Source of the DNA: an uncultured virus (IMG/VR IMGVR_UViG_2061766007_002158)
Lineage: Duplodnaviria; Heunggongvirae; Uroviricota; Caudoviricetes
IMG/VR virus record: IMGVR_UViG_2061766007_002158
Reading direction: 5' to 3' (one strand)
Length of the DNA: 24,186 nt
Shown here one piece after another: positions 1-8,972 of this stretch. A program made the position numbers and the translations under genes. Every line of letters begins with the position of its first letter. Positions within the stretch are counted from its first letter, which is position 1. The notes under the pieces were generated by a model. The model was not told the DNA's origin. It worked only from the letters and a program-made list of their open reading frames with translations, and made no database searches.

Positions 1-2
1 AC

Positions 3-227
3 ATGGACATTATCAGTGCTGTGAAAGCGGCGCAGGATGCCGGACGCACGACAATTAAAAGGAGATGGTGGCACGACGGTGTTATTATTTTGTCAGGAAT
101 TCCGATGAGAATTAATAAACCGGAAGTCAACCCGAAAAGACCTTACGGCTGGAATCCGACAGTAGAGGATATTCTCGCCGATGACTGGGAAGTGGTTGTG
201 TTTGATGCCAAAATCCTAAACGATTGA
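3..227 (+). CDS. DUF2829 / Tad2-like small phage protein
   Basis: 74 aa with an early IKRRWW segment and C-terminal WNPTVEDILADDWEVV, matching the W-x-P-[ST]-x-x-D-x-L-A-x-D-W signature of DUF2829/Tad2. Confidence 0.7.
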   Translation: MDIISAVKAAQDAGRTTIKRRWWHDGVIILSGIPMRINKPEVNPKRPYGWNPTVEDILADDWEVVVFDAKILND

Positions 228-413
228 GAAAGGATGAGCGGAATATGATTCGCATTACCCACATTAANNNNNNNNNNGAAAGAAGCAAAAAGGACGCTCC
301 TGTTATAGCTGACATTATCACCAGATTGCAACAGGAAAATATCAGCTATTTAAGAGCGATCTTTTTACTTGACAAGTGCAAGGATGTAATCGGAAAAGCT
401 ACCAGGATTTAGT

Positions 414-504
414 GCTTTGCACCGCGCTGAACGGTTCGCGCAACATGGATGTTGAGGAATACGCTAAAATCTGCGACGCGCTCGGTCTGGACTATGAGTA
501 TTTC
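414..504 (+). pseudogene. 3' remnant of the HTH gene seen intact at 825-1046
   Basis: Near-identical to ~923-1013 but begins directly after the stop of an unrelated ORF (ends 412), with no start or N-terminal half and no N gap at the junction. Confidence 0.6.
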
Positions 505-514
505 NNNNNNNNNN

Positions 515-731
515 TATTCCATATTGCGCGTTCATTTCTAAGGATTTTCATTGCTTTCCAATACTGGTGAGCCAGATCGTTGACAAGTTCTTCAAATCTT
601 GCTTCAACATCAATTTTTGATTCTTTTTCATCAGAAGCGGTCGTTTTTCTATCGGATTCATAGAAATCGCGCTCCATATCAATCTTTGCAGCGAGTAAAG
701 CAATCTGTTGTCTTTCTTCGATTGAAAGCAT
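515..731 (-). CDS. Hypothetical protein, opposite-strand moron-like gene (3' end at gap)
   Basis: MLSIEERQQIALLAAK... with AAGAAAGGAG RBS and its own promoter. Confidence 0.7.
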
Positions 732-756
732 AAATCTTCATCTCCTTTCTTGTTAT

Positions 757-785
757 ATTCTATCAGAAGAAAGGAGAAAAAGCAA
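757..785 (-). promoter_or_regulatory. sigma-A type promoter for the 515-731 gene
   Basis: Minus strand TTGCTT (785-780), 17 bp, TAGAAT (762-757) with TG extension. Confidence 0.55.
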
Positions 786-824
786 CAGAAAAGTTAAAAA
801 ATCTAAACACAAATTTAAAGTGAG

Positions 825-1046
825 GTGATAGCAATGATTAAAAAACTGATTCTGGACTATCTGAAAGAAAACGGCATTAAGCAGACTTGGCTCTCAGAGA
901 AAACAGGAATTACTAGACATGCGCTTTGCACCGCGCTGAACGGTTCGCGCAACATGGACGTTGAAGAATACGCTAAAATCTGCGACGCGCTCGGTCTGGA
1001 CTATGAGTATTTCTTCAATAAGAGAGCCCAAATGAAATCAGCCTGA
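825..1046 (+). CDS. Cro/XRE-family HTH protein
   Basis: YLKENGIKQTWLSEKTGITRHALCTALNGSRNMDVEEYAKICDALG is a typical XRE HTH; true start probably ATG 834. Confidence 0.85.
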   Translation: MIAMIKKLILDYLKENGIKQTWLSEKTGITRHALCTALNGSRNMDVEEYAKICDALGLDYEYFFNKRAQMKSA

Positions 1047-1093
1047 CCGACAGTGGCGGCGATTGATTTTACTTTTGGGGGAGGTGAGAAAAT

Positions 1094-1351
1094 ATGAAAA
1101 ATCCCAAACGATTGAGAAAGGATGAGCGGAATATGATTCGCATTACCCACATTAATTTTACGGACATGGACGCCCTGAGTGGCGCCAGGGTCGTAGTTGA
1201 GTATATCAGTGACAGCGGCGTTACGCAGGAAATGTCCGCGAAGCTCGGCGACGTTCATCAGGATGCGATGGACAAGGTTTATGTCGGAGCGGAATTTGAA
1301 AGCATTTTTGATCTGGCGAGATTGATGATTTCGGGAAAGGATGAGTGTTAA
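1094..1351 (+). CDS. Hypothetical phage early protein
   Basis: GGAGGTGA RBS; partial alleles at ~245-267 (+) and 18251-18351 (-); alternative start at 1133. Confidence 0.7.
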   Translation: MKNPKRLRKDERNMIRITHINFTDMDALSGARVVVEYISDSGVTQEMSAKLGDVHQDAMDKVYVGAEFESIFDLARLMISGKDEC

Positions 1352-1354
1352 ATT

Positions 1355-1669
1355 ATGATGCTGACAGAATTTGAGGAATTGACGGGGTTTTATCCGTCGG
1401 CTGATATGTATGACGCTATCGAACTGGAATATTTTGAATTCCCAGGTGATAAGTATGCGTTTTGCGAGGCTTACAAGACGAACAAGGACGGACTGGCGGA
1501 AAGGATTCAGCAGAGAGCGTCCGAGATGACCGTCAACGGTATGTTTGCGATGACAACAATCGCAGGAAAACGAACCCACGAAATTGCACTCCTGAAAAAG
1601 AAAATCACGGAGCTTGAAGCGACGTTGAATAACTGGCTGCCCGAAGAATTGAAAAGAAAGGAGCAATAG
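1355..1669 (+). CDS. Hypothetical phage protein with C-terminal coiled coil
   Basis: 104-aa ORF tightly packed in the operon. Confidence 0.75.
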   Translation: MMLTEFEELTGFYPSADMYDAIELEYFEFPGDKYAFCEAYKTNKDGLAERIQQRASEMTVNGMFAMTTIAGKRTHEIALLKKKITELEATLNNWLPEELKRKEQ

Positions 1670-1671
1670 AT

Positions 1672-1889
1672 ATGCCAGAATTGCCGAAGGTAGAATTGAT
1701 TCCTGCGGCCGATGTGGCCGAGCTGCTGCATACGCAGCCGGCTAAGATTCACGCGGCTATCATTAACGGGACATTCCCCGTCGGGCTTGCCATTGAAGGC
1801 GGTCCCGGCGGGAACAACCGCACGATCATCGTCAAAGCCCGCTTAATTGCGTGGTTGACAGCGCAGGATTTGAATGGAGGAAGCGAGGA
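1672..1889 (+). CDS. Excisionase-like winged-HTH protein (3' end in gap)
   Basis: IPAADVAELLHTQPAKIHAAIINGTFP resembles the Xis/HTH_17 pattern; its C-terminus is seen at 18016-18093 (-). Confidence 0.6.
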
Positions 1890-1999
1890 NNNNNNNNNNA
1901 AACCAGGTGAAAATCAAAGCGGTTGAAAGCCTGCTGAAGCAGACGCGATGCATTACTCTTTATGATGATGATAGCTGTCAGTGGGTNNNNNNNNNNGGA

Positions 2000-2626
2000 A
2001 TGAAAATCAAAGCGGTTGAAAGCCTGCTCAAGCAGACGCGATGCATTACTCTTTATGATGATGATAGCTGTCAGTGGGTCAGCAACGGTCATGCTTGCTA
2101 TCCTCTTAGAAACATGCCGATGCTCGATCAAGATTCTATTTTCACTATGCTGGATGTTCCCGAAGATAAAAAGGACAAGTATATTTTTCGCAGGGATGAA
2201 TTATCCGCTACCACCTTGGATTTTTCGGACAATGTTCTCGGCGAAAGAGTATTTGACCGCGATCTCATCAATCTGTCGATGGGTGGTAAGGAAATAGAGC
2301 CGTTACGATCTCACAGCGGCGGTATTGTATTTCTCGATACCAATTTGTTGAAGCCCTTCGCCGACGAAAAAAGTGTGGAGCTTTACGAGCGACGCACGAA
2401 AAGCGGCGAAATCTATATCGCTGTCAAGACAGGTCTTCTGCTGCTCGGCGTGATCCTTCCGGTTCGTGTGATAAACGAAACATTTATTGAGATGCTGAGT
2501 GATTTGACAAACCTCTCAATTTATGAGTGGGAACAGGAAAAACAAGCCAAAGAAGCCGGAACGTGGAGCGAGACGGAAGCGGCACAATTATCCCTTTACC
2601 GAGATGAAAGCGAGGATGATGATTGA
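2000..2626 (+). CDS. Conserved hypothetical phage protein (~208 aa)
   Basis: MKIKAVESLLKQ...; a second allele's 5' end lies at ~1907-1986. Confidence 0.75.
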   Translation: MKIKAVESLLKQTRCITLYDDDSCQWVSNGHACYPLRNMPMLDQDSIFTMLDVPEDKKDKYIFRRDELSATTLDFSDNVLGERVFDRDLINLSMGGKEIEPLRSHSGGIVFLDTNLLKPFADEKSVELYERRTKSGEIYIAVKTGLLLLGVILPVRVINETFIEMLSDLTNLSIYEWEQEKQAKEAGTWSETEAAQLSLYRDESEDDD

Positions 2627-2817
2627 TGTTATTTGAAAAGCTGAAGGTCCGCGCACAGGACGCGATCCAGGCGCGGGACGTTTACAAAATGCATGAGATC
2701 ATCGGTCAGGTCGCTATGGCTTATGAACTTAGGCAATTGACGTGGAGCCAGCAGGACGAGTTGACGGACATGCTCGTTTATGCCACCGGAAAGTGGGTGA
2801 AGGAAAATGAAGGTTGA
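2623..2817 (+). CDS. Small helical hypothetical protein
   Basis: Overlaps both neighbours; shares an EIxG-x-x-x-[MA]A motif with the downstream gene. Confidence 0.7.
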   Translation: MMLFEKLKVRAQDAIQARDVYKMHEIIGQVAMAYELRQLTWSQQDELTDMLVYATGKWVKENEG

Positions 2818-3234
2818 GAAAAGCATGATCGAGGTCATGAGAAGCTGCGAGATCGTCCACAATCTGAAAAACGACGCGGAGTTTCAGCAGTCATTCTTTG
2901 AGCTTGCAGACGGCATCCAGAGCCAGTATGAAAGCATCTGCCGAAGGCATGAGGACGTCTGCGAGGCGTCGATTGACGAGGTGGAGGAATTTTATTCGCT
3001 ATACAATTTTTACTGGCACAAGCTCCGCGGCAATATTGCCGATGCGAAGCTGCAATGCGAATATGCCAACTTCCGGCAGACCAAGAAGGCTATGAAAAGC
3101 ATGAAAATAAACAAGATGATGAGTCCAAAGACGATCAGCCGCGTATTTAGTGACAAGCTCGAGGACGCTATCGAAAACGAGGCGTATCCTCTGATATGGG
3201 AAATCTACGGGGAGATTTACGCGGCACGGATGCT
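2807..3234 (+). CDS. Hypothetical two-domain phage protein (3' end in gap)
   Basis: MKVEKSMIEVMRSCE...WEIYGEIYAARM; alleles at 3302-3824, 18362-18550 and 23921-24186 (-). Confidence 0.75.
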
Positions 3235-3301
3235 NNNNNNNNNNCCTACGGCAAATTTCAGCGCATCGATCAGCAGATCAATTAACAGATCAATAAATAA
3301 A

Positions 3302-3824
3302 TTACTTTTCATCGTCAATTCTCCCTTCCGGCACGAGCCTCACCCCGGTAATGTACGGATAAAGCCTGTGCCACAGCTTGTCGTATTGCTCTTTAAAAAG
3401 GAATCCGAGCATCCGTGCCGCGTAAATCTCCCCGTAGATTTCCCATATCAGAGGATAAGCCTCATTTTCGATAGCGTCCTCGAGCTTGTCCGCAAAAATG
3501 CGCCCGATCGTTTTGGGACTCATCAGCTTGCTTATTTTCTTGGATTTCATCGCCTTTTTCGTCTGCCGAAAGTTGGCNNNNNNNNNNTCCGCGGATGTTG
3601 TGCCAGTAATAGTTATACAGCGAATAGAATTCCTCCACCTCGTCAACCGAAGCCTCACAGAAGTCCTCATGTCTCCGGCAGATATTTTCATACTGACTCT
3701 GGATGCCGTCGGCAAGCTCAAAGAATGACTGCCGGAATTCCTCGTCGTTTTCGAGCTTATGAACGATCTCGCAGCTTTCCATGACTTCAATCATGCTTTT
3801 TTCAGCCTTCATCTTCTTTACCAT
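3302..3824 (-). CDS. Second allele of the 2807 protein, split by an N gap
   Basis: MKAEKSMIEVMESCE... (3588-3824) plus ANFRQTKKAMKS...EGRIDDEK (3302-3577). Confidence 0.7.
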
Positions 3825-3868
3825 CCTCTCCGGCAGCTTCCTCCAGCATGTCCGTCAGNNNNNNNNNN

Positions 3869-4054
3869 ATTTTTGTTAATATGCTTATTGATCTGCTGAT
3901 CGACGTGCTGAAAATCGCCGGAGTGATCGCGCTGATCCTTGGCGGAATATGGTGCGTCGGGTGGATCGTCGAGGTTTTATCCGGCCTGTTATCGTTTGAG
4001 ACGCTTTTCGTGGCGTTTCTGGCGCTGGTGTTTTATCTGATTGTCAGGAGGTGA
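3869..4054 (+). CDS. Small two-TM membrane protein (5' end in gap)
   Basis: Hydrophobic ORF, LLIDVLKIAGVIALILGGIWCVGW...; homologous to 17388-17648 and 23496-23705. Confidence 0.65.
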   Translation: MFVNMLIDLLIDVLKIAGVIALILGGIWCVGWIVEVLSGLLSFETLFVAFLALVFYLIVRR

Positions 4055-4159
4055 GAAAATGGACGAGGATATGCAGNNNNNNNNNNCGATTTCGCGGGAC
4101 TGGCGGCGTATCTGATCAAGGAGACGAAAAAGACCTTCCGCGAGGACAANNNNNNNNNN

Positions 4160-4525
4160 CGCTCAGCCGGTGGAGCCTACACAGGCTCGGGATGAGCTGG
4201 CTAAGTTCATCCGGACGGCGAGGGCAAAATACAAAGCGGCAGGTTCGGAACTGCGGTACATATCCGTGACGGAATACTGCAACACCAGAATTCACCATCA
4301 CATTGTCATGAACTCCATTGACCCGAGGATCCTTCAAGACGTCTGGGGAGATCGCGGTCAGGTGCGTTCGGAGCAGCTCTACGGGAATGATTTCGCGGGG
4401 CTGGCGGCGTATCTGATCAAAGAGACGAAAAAGACCTTCCGCGAGGACAATGCGCCAAGCAGGAAACGGTGGAACCAGTCCAAGAATTTACGTCAGCCGA
4501 AAGAGATCACCCGGGTGATCTCCGC
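4160..4525 (+). CDS. Rolling-circle HUH-type Rep, central fragment
   Basis: Motif II RIHHHIVM, motif III LAAYLIKE, then WNQSKNL. Confidence 0.8.
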
Positions 4526-4535
4526 NNNNNNNNNN

Positions 4536-4764
4536 TTTCCGGGATGAAAACGCGCCGAGCGGAAAACGATGGAATCAGTCGAAGAATTTACGTCCTCCGA
4601 AAGAGATCGTCCGGGTGATCTCCGCAAAACGATGGGCGGCTGAGCCGAAGGGACGGAAGGGCTACGTTTTGATTACCGACAGCATTGTGAACGATGTGTC
4701 GCCCTTCGGGATTCCGTACCAGCATTACCGTATGGTGGCGGTTACGGAAAAGCGGCGGAATTGA
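4536..4764 (+). CDS. Rep C-terminal fragment (allele)
   Basis: Reads ...KRWNQSKNLRPPKEIVRVISAKRW...GIPYQHYRMVAVTEKRRN*; overlaps in sequence with 4160-4525. Confidence 0.7.
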
Positions 4765-4844
4765 TTTTTTATTATTTTATCAATAATCCCAAACGATTAT
4801 GAATTTGAGTTTTAAGGAGAGTTTGAAAAATGACNNNNNNNNNN

Positions 4845-4983
4845 GAAGCGCTGGGCGCAGGAGCCGAAGGGACGGAAGGGCTACGTTTTGATTACCGACA
4901 GCATTGTGAACGATGTGTCGCCCTTCGGGATTCCGTATCAGCATTACCGGATGGTGGCGGTTACGGAGAAGCGGCGGAATTGA
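4845..4983 (+). CDS. Rep C-terminal fragment (another allele), directly upstream of the PcfK-like gene
   Basis: Near-identical to ~4626-4764. Confidence 0.7.
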
Positions 4984-5046
4984 TTTTTATTTTTTATCAA
5001 GAATCCCAAACGATTATGAATTTGAGTTTTAAGGAGAGTTTGAAAA

Positions 5047-5448
5047 ATGACAGAGATTCAGAACAATGCAATTGAGAAGATTGAGGACGGATGTAAAAAT
5101 TACAAAGGAGACAAACGCGGAAACGTCGTGGCACGTCCGGTAGCGGATGCTTTGAAACGGTTTTGTGAGAACAATGCCGCCTTTGCAGCGGCGATTCTCG
5201 GCGAGGACAAGCATTTTGCCGATTGCATCGCGGCAGTCGTGCACGGAGTCGGCGCTGCTATTTCTGACATTGAGGCTTACAGGCGTGCAGTGCGTTATTT
5301 CTTTCCGGACGCCGACATCAAGTTCGATATGCGCATTATCCTTCCAGGCGTCCCGGATGTGGAGAAGCCGGTGGAAACGGTGGAGAATCATCCTGCCGCC
5401 GATCAGGGAGACGCCGGCGAGATAATTTCCATCTTCGATATTTTGTGA
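5047..5448 (+). CDS. PcfK-like (AcrIIA9-related family) protein
   Basis: KHFADCIAAV...ISDIEAYRRAVRYF and the C-terminal ISIFDIL tail; located immediately before a PcfJ-like gene. Confidence 0.65.
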   Translation: MTEIQNNAIEKIEDGCKNYKGDKRGNVVARPVADALKRFCENNAAFAAAILGEDKHFADCIAAVVHGVGAAISDIEAYRRAVRYFFPDADIKFDMRIILPGVPDVEKPVETVENHPAADQGDAGEIISIFDIL

Positions 5449-5459
5449 GGTGAGCGGCG

Positions 5460-6566
5460 ATGATTCGTGATAAAGACAAGGCTATGGCAATCTGTGATAG
5501 CTTCGGGGATTATACCGGCGAGCAGAAGAAAGAGCTTGAAAAGAAGCATCTCACACAGTATCTTTTTTATTCATCCATAACAGGGCGAAAGAACAACCAG
5601 AGGAGCTGCTACTGCACCGCATGTAAGGCTCAGTTTATGGAGAATATCTACACTACTGAGGCTGAATTTATACACAAGCAGTTCACCGTCTGCCCGGTCT
5701 GCGGTGCGCATGTGAAAGCCTTTCAGGATTGGCGCGGAAAGCAAAAGTTATATGAGCGTAAAAACATTATGGTGCTCGAGGCAAGGAACGAGGCTTTATT
5801 TATTCGGATTTTTGACATCCGGCACTGGTGGGTTAATTCTTTACAGCTTTTAGCATGCGACGAGAAATGGAGAATCTACGTCGCGCCGGGTATGATGCAG
5901 AAATTCGAGAAGGACTGTTATTCCGAGAAATTTCTGCGGATAGGCAACGACAATGCTTTGAAAATTGACATTGACGGCATTATCGGACGTGCGGAAATTG
6001 ACAGGACGTTTCTTCGGTATTTTGACGTATGGAAATATTTTGACAACCCGGGCGAAAGTTATTGGCCGTCATTCGTCTGGATGAAATACATCTTTACAGC
6101 GGCGAAGAAGCCCAATATCGAATATCTCGACAAGCTCGGCATGAAACGCCTGATTTGTGACATTCTGGACGGGAACATGAAGCTGATCCGCTGGAAGAGC
6201 AACAATGTAAAAATTATGCTTGGTTTGGACAAGACGGAGCTGGAGCTTTGCGAGTGGAACGCTACGCGGCTTCGATTCCATCACGAGATGATAAAGAGGA
6301 ACATTCGCGACAGGGCGACGGTTCATTCCATTCTTCNNNNNNNNNNNNNNNNNNNNNNNNNNNTCGATCTTGGTAAGCCGGAAGTCGGCGGAGATTTAAC
6401 CGATACGTCCATGACATTTCCGAAGGATTTACAGGCCGCGAAGGATCGCGTCCGGGAGCTTATCCGCACTAAGGCGGACGAGAAGATCAACGAAAAAGTC
6501 CGGCAGCGTGCCGAGTCGCTGAAAAAATACGTTTATTCCGATGACCGGTTCACGCTTGTTATTCCT
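5460..6566 (+). CDS. PcfJ-domain protein, allele A (gapped)
   Basis: N-terminal CxCxxC...CPxC Zn motifs, PNIEYLDKLG, FPKDLQAAKD; missing middle found at 13064-13207 (-). Confidence 0.75.
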
Positions 6567-6666
6567 NNNNNNNNNNGGAAATTAAGGATTTTGAAAAGAG
6601 CTACGAGACATTTCTTATGAGCATGAGCAGGAAAAACAAAAGAGTAAATCAGGAGGTAAAAGCATC

Positions 6667-6905
6667 GTGAGTGAGAATTTAGCATTACAGAAGGAAGCAC
6701 AGAACGCGGATCAGCTTGCCTATGAGATTAATTTTATCAAAAAACAGACGTTGGAAAACGTCTTGAAAGCAAGCATTGACATCGGGGAAAGACTCTCAGC
6801 GGCGAAGGAATTAGTGCCGCATGGTCAATGGTCCGATTGGCTGAAAGAAAAGGTCGATTACAGCCAATCCACCGCCAATAATTTTATGAGAATCTTCCGT
6901 GAATA
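6667..6905 (+). CDS. DUF3102-like protein, 5' fragment of a second allele
   Basis: IGERLSAAKELVPHGQWSDWLKEKVDYSQSTANNFMRIF. Confidence 0.7.
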
Positions 6906-6915
6906 NNNNNNNNNN

Positions 6916-7224
6916 CAGAGCGTGCAGGAAATTGTGAACGAGGGCAAGGCGCTCAGCCATTGCGTTGGCTCCTACGCTTACAGGCACGCGACAGGCGGGA
7001 CGACAATTTTATTCCTGCGGAAAAAGGACGATTTACAGACGCCGTTTTATACCATTGAGATCAATCTGGACAAGCCGGAAATCGTACAGTGTCGCGGCTA
7101 TAAAAACAACAGAGCGAACAATCCGAAGCCGCAAGCGGTAAGGGATTTTGAAAAGAGCTACGAGGCTTTTCTCAGGAGCATGAGCAGGAAAAACAAACGA
7201 CATCAGGAGGTTAAATCAGCATGA
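6916..7224 (+). CDS. PcfJ domain C-terminal fragment
   Basis: EIVNEGKALSHCVGSY...ILFLRK...PFYTIE...IVQCRGYKN is the PcfJ core pattern. Confidence 0.8.
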   Translation, partial: QSVQEIVNEGKALSHCVGSYAYRHATGGTTILFLRKKDDLQTPFYTIEINLDKPEIVQCRGYKNNRANNPKPQAVRDFEKSYEAFLRSMSRKNKRHQEVKSA

Positions 7225-8183
7225 GCGAAACATTACAGCAGCATTCACAGAACGCCGACCAGATTGCCGCCGAGATCAATCTGATCAAGCGGCAGACCTA
7301 CGAGTATGTTCTCAAATCGTCCGTCGAGATCGGCGAACGGCTGACAGCGGCGAAGGAATTAGTACCCTACGGAGCTTGGTCGGACTGGCTGAAAGAAAAG
7401 GTGGATTACAGCCAATCCACCGCCAATAATTTTATGAGAATCTTCCGTGAATACGGAGACGAGCAGATCAGCCTTTCCGGGAAGTCAAAATCCCAGACGT
7501 TTGCGAGCTTGAATTATTCCCAGGCAGTTGCGCTTTTCGCCCTTCCGGAGCACCAGCGGGAGGAATTTGTCGAGACGCACGACGTCTCCGAGATGTCCGC
7601 ACGTCAGCTTAAAGAGGCGATAGCTGCGCAGAAGGCTGCCGAGGCGGAACGTGATCAGGCACGTTCCGAGACTGAGACGGCGAGGATGACACTCGCGGCA
7701 ACTCGTCGGGAAAAGGGCGTCATCGAGGCCGAGGCTAAAAAGGCAGGAAAAGAGCGCGAGGCGGCAAACAAAATAGCATCAAAAGCACAGGCCGAGGCTG
7801 ATCGGCTGCGGAAGCAATTGGAAGAGGCTAACGAAAAGCTGAAAGAAATGACGTCCGCACCTACTGAGATTTCCGACGAGGAGCGTGCTGCGATTGAGGA
7901 AGCGGTTTCGAGAAAATTCGAGGATCGCTTATCGCAGATGACGCTCGACGCGGAGACCGCAAGAAAACGTATGGAGGAAATGGAATCTGAAAAAGCGGCG
8001 CTTGAAGCGAAATTAAAACAGGATAAGCAGGACGATCTTGTTAAACTTGATATTCTTTTCAAGCAGACGCAGGCGTCTATGATGGAGATAAAGAAAATTA
8101 TTGACGGATGTCCCGAGGACAAGCGGGGGAAGTATAACAATTTTATCAAGACTACACTTCTGAAAATCTTCGGGGGTGAGTGA
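7221..8183 (+). CDS. DUF3102-domain coiled-coil protein
   Basis: EIGERLTAAKELVPYGAWSDWL...TANNFMRIF, MSARQLKEAI and a long coiled coil. Confidence 0.8.
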   Translation: MSETLQQHSQNADQIAAEINLIKRQTYEYVLKSSVEIGERLTAAKELVPYGAWSDWLKEKVDYSQSTANNFMRIFREYGDEQISLSGKSKSQTFASLNYSQAVALFALPEHQREEFVETHDVSEMSARQLKEAIAAQKAAEAERDQARSETETARMTLAATRREKGVIEAEAKKAGKEREAANKIASKAQAEADRLRKQLEEANEKLKEMTSAPTEISDEERAAIEEAVSRKFEDRLSQMTLDAETARKRMEEMESEKAALEAKLKQDKQDDLVKLDILFKQTQASMMEIKKIIDGCPEDKRGKYNNFIKTTLLKIFGGE

Positions 8184-8571
8184 TTTGCACCATAATCAAT
8201 ACGAAGCGGCGGAGCAGATCAAGCTATTCCGATGGGTCGATCTGGTTTCAAAAAATTACTATCCGGAACTCCGGCTGCTGTATCACATTCCCAACGGCGG
8301 CAGCAGGAATGAGCTGGAAGCCGTCAATCTCAAAAAGCAGGGCGTTCGGGCAGGCGTGCCGGACCTTTGTCTTCCCGTCGCCCGTGGTGGGTATCACGGG
8401 CTTTACATTGAGCTTAAGTACGGCAAGAACAAGCCAACCGAGAAACAATTGGAGTGGATCGAGGCATTGAGAGATGAAGGCTACGCCGTTTCCATCTGCT
8501 GGGGATTTGAAGCGGCAAGAGCGGAATTGGAGAAGTATTTGAAATTAGATTGCCTGAGATTGGAGGATTGA
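8176..8571 (+). CDS. VRR-NUC domain nuclease
   Basis: YHIPNGG, GVRAGVPDL, LYIELK, Q-x-x-W motifs. Confidence 0.92.
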   Translation: MSDLHHNQYEAAEQIKLFRWVDLVSKNYYPELRLLYHIPNGGSRNELEAVNLKKQGVRAGVPDLCLPVARGGYHGLYIELKYGKNKPTEKQLEWIEALRDEGYAVSICWGFEAARAELEKYLKLDCLRLED

Positions 8572-8573
8572 AC

Positions 8574-8972
8574 GTGAAATCGCATTATGATCATACGGTG
8601 ACGATGAAGGAAGCCGTCCGAATCGGCGAGAAAGCTGCTAAATATAATTTTCAGATGGCTATTGACAAGTACAACCGTGAGGAACTGCCGAGAATTCAGG
8701 CTTCATACGCAAAAATGTTTATTCTGATGCTTGCGCATGAATTTAAATTTGGCGAGAAACGTCTGCGTCGCGCAATGAAAGCGTTAGGTGAATTGACATG
8801 TGAGATGCACAATTTTATTGTTGACGGAATATTTAACGATATTTATGACCAGCGATTAAAAGATCAAGGACTTTGGGACATCTATGAGGAATTTGCAAAC
8901 GGGCAATGCAAGCGGATCGGAGATTCCGATTACTACGAGCCGATTAAGGACGAGGAAGTGGACGAGGAATGA
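8574..8972 (+). CDS. Hypothetical phage protein
   Basis: GGAGGA RBS before GTG at 8574; FKFGEKRL motif. Confidence 0.7.
   Translation: MKSHYDHTVTMKEAVRIGEKAAKYNFQMAIDKYNREELPRIQASYAKMFILMLAHEFKFGEKRLRRAMKALGELTCEMHNFIVDGIFNDIYDQRLKDQGLWDIYEEFANGQCKRIGDSDYYEPIKDEEVDEE

Noticed and set aside
1001..1666. Long antisense ORFs (also 7655-8149, 14084-14506)
   Set aside because: They shadow well-supported genes on the other strand and show no recognisable motifs.
2807..3824. Diversity-generating retroelement (TR/VR pairs) suggested by near-duplicate segments
   Set aside because: Differences are not adenine-specific, many look synonymous, and no reverse transcriptase is present.
3235..3868. Invertible DNA/shufflon suggested by frequent strand flips
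   Set aside because: The flips between allele fragments fall at N gaps; for example 13064-13207 (-) fills the gap in the PcfJ gene at 6337. These are scaffolding artefacts.
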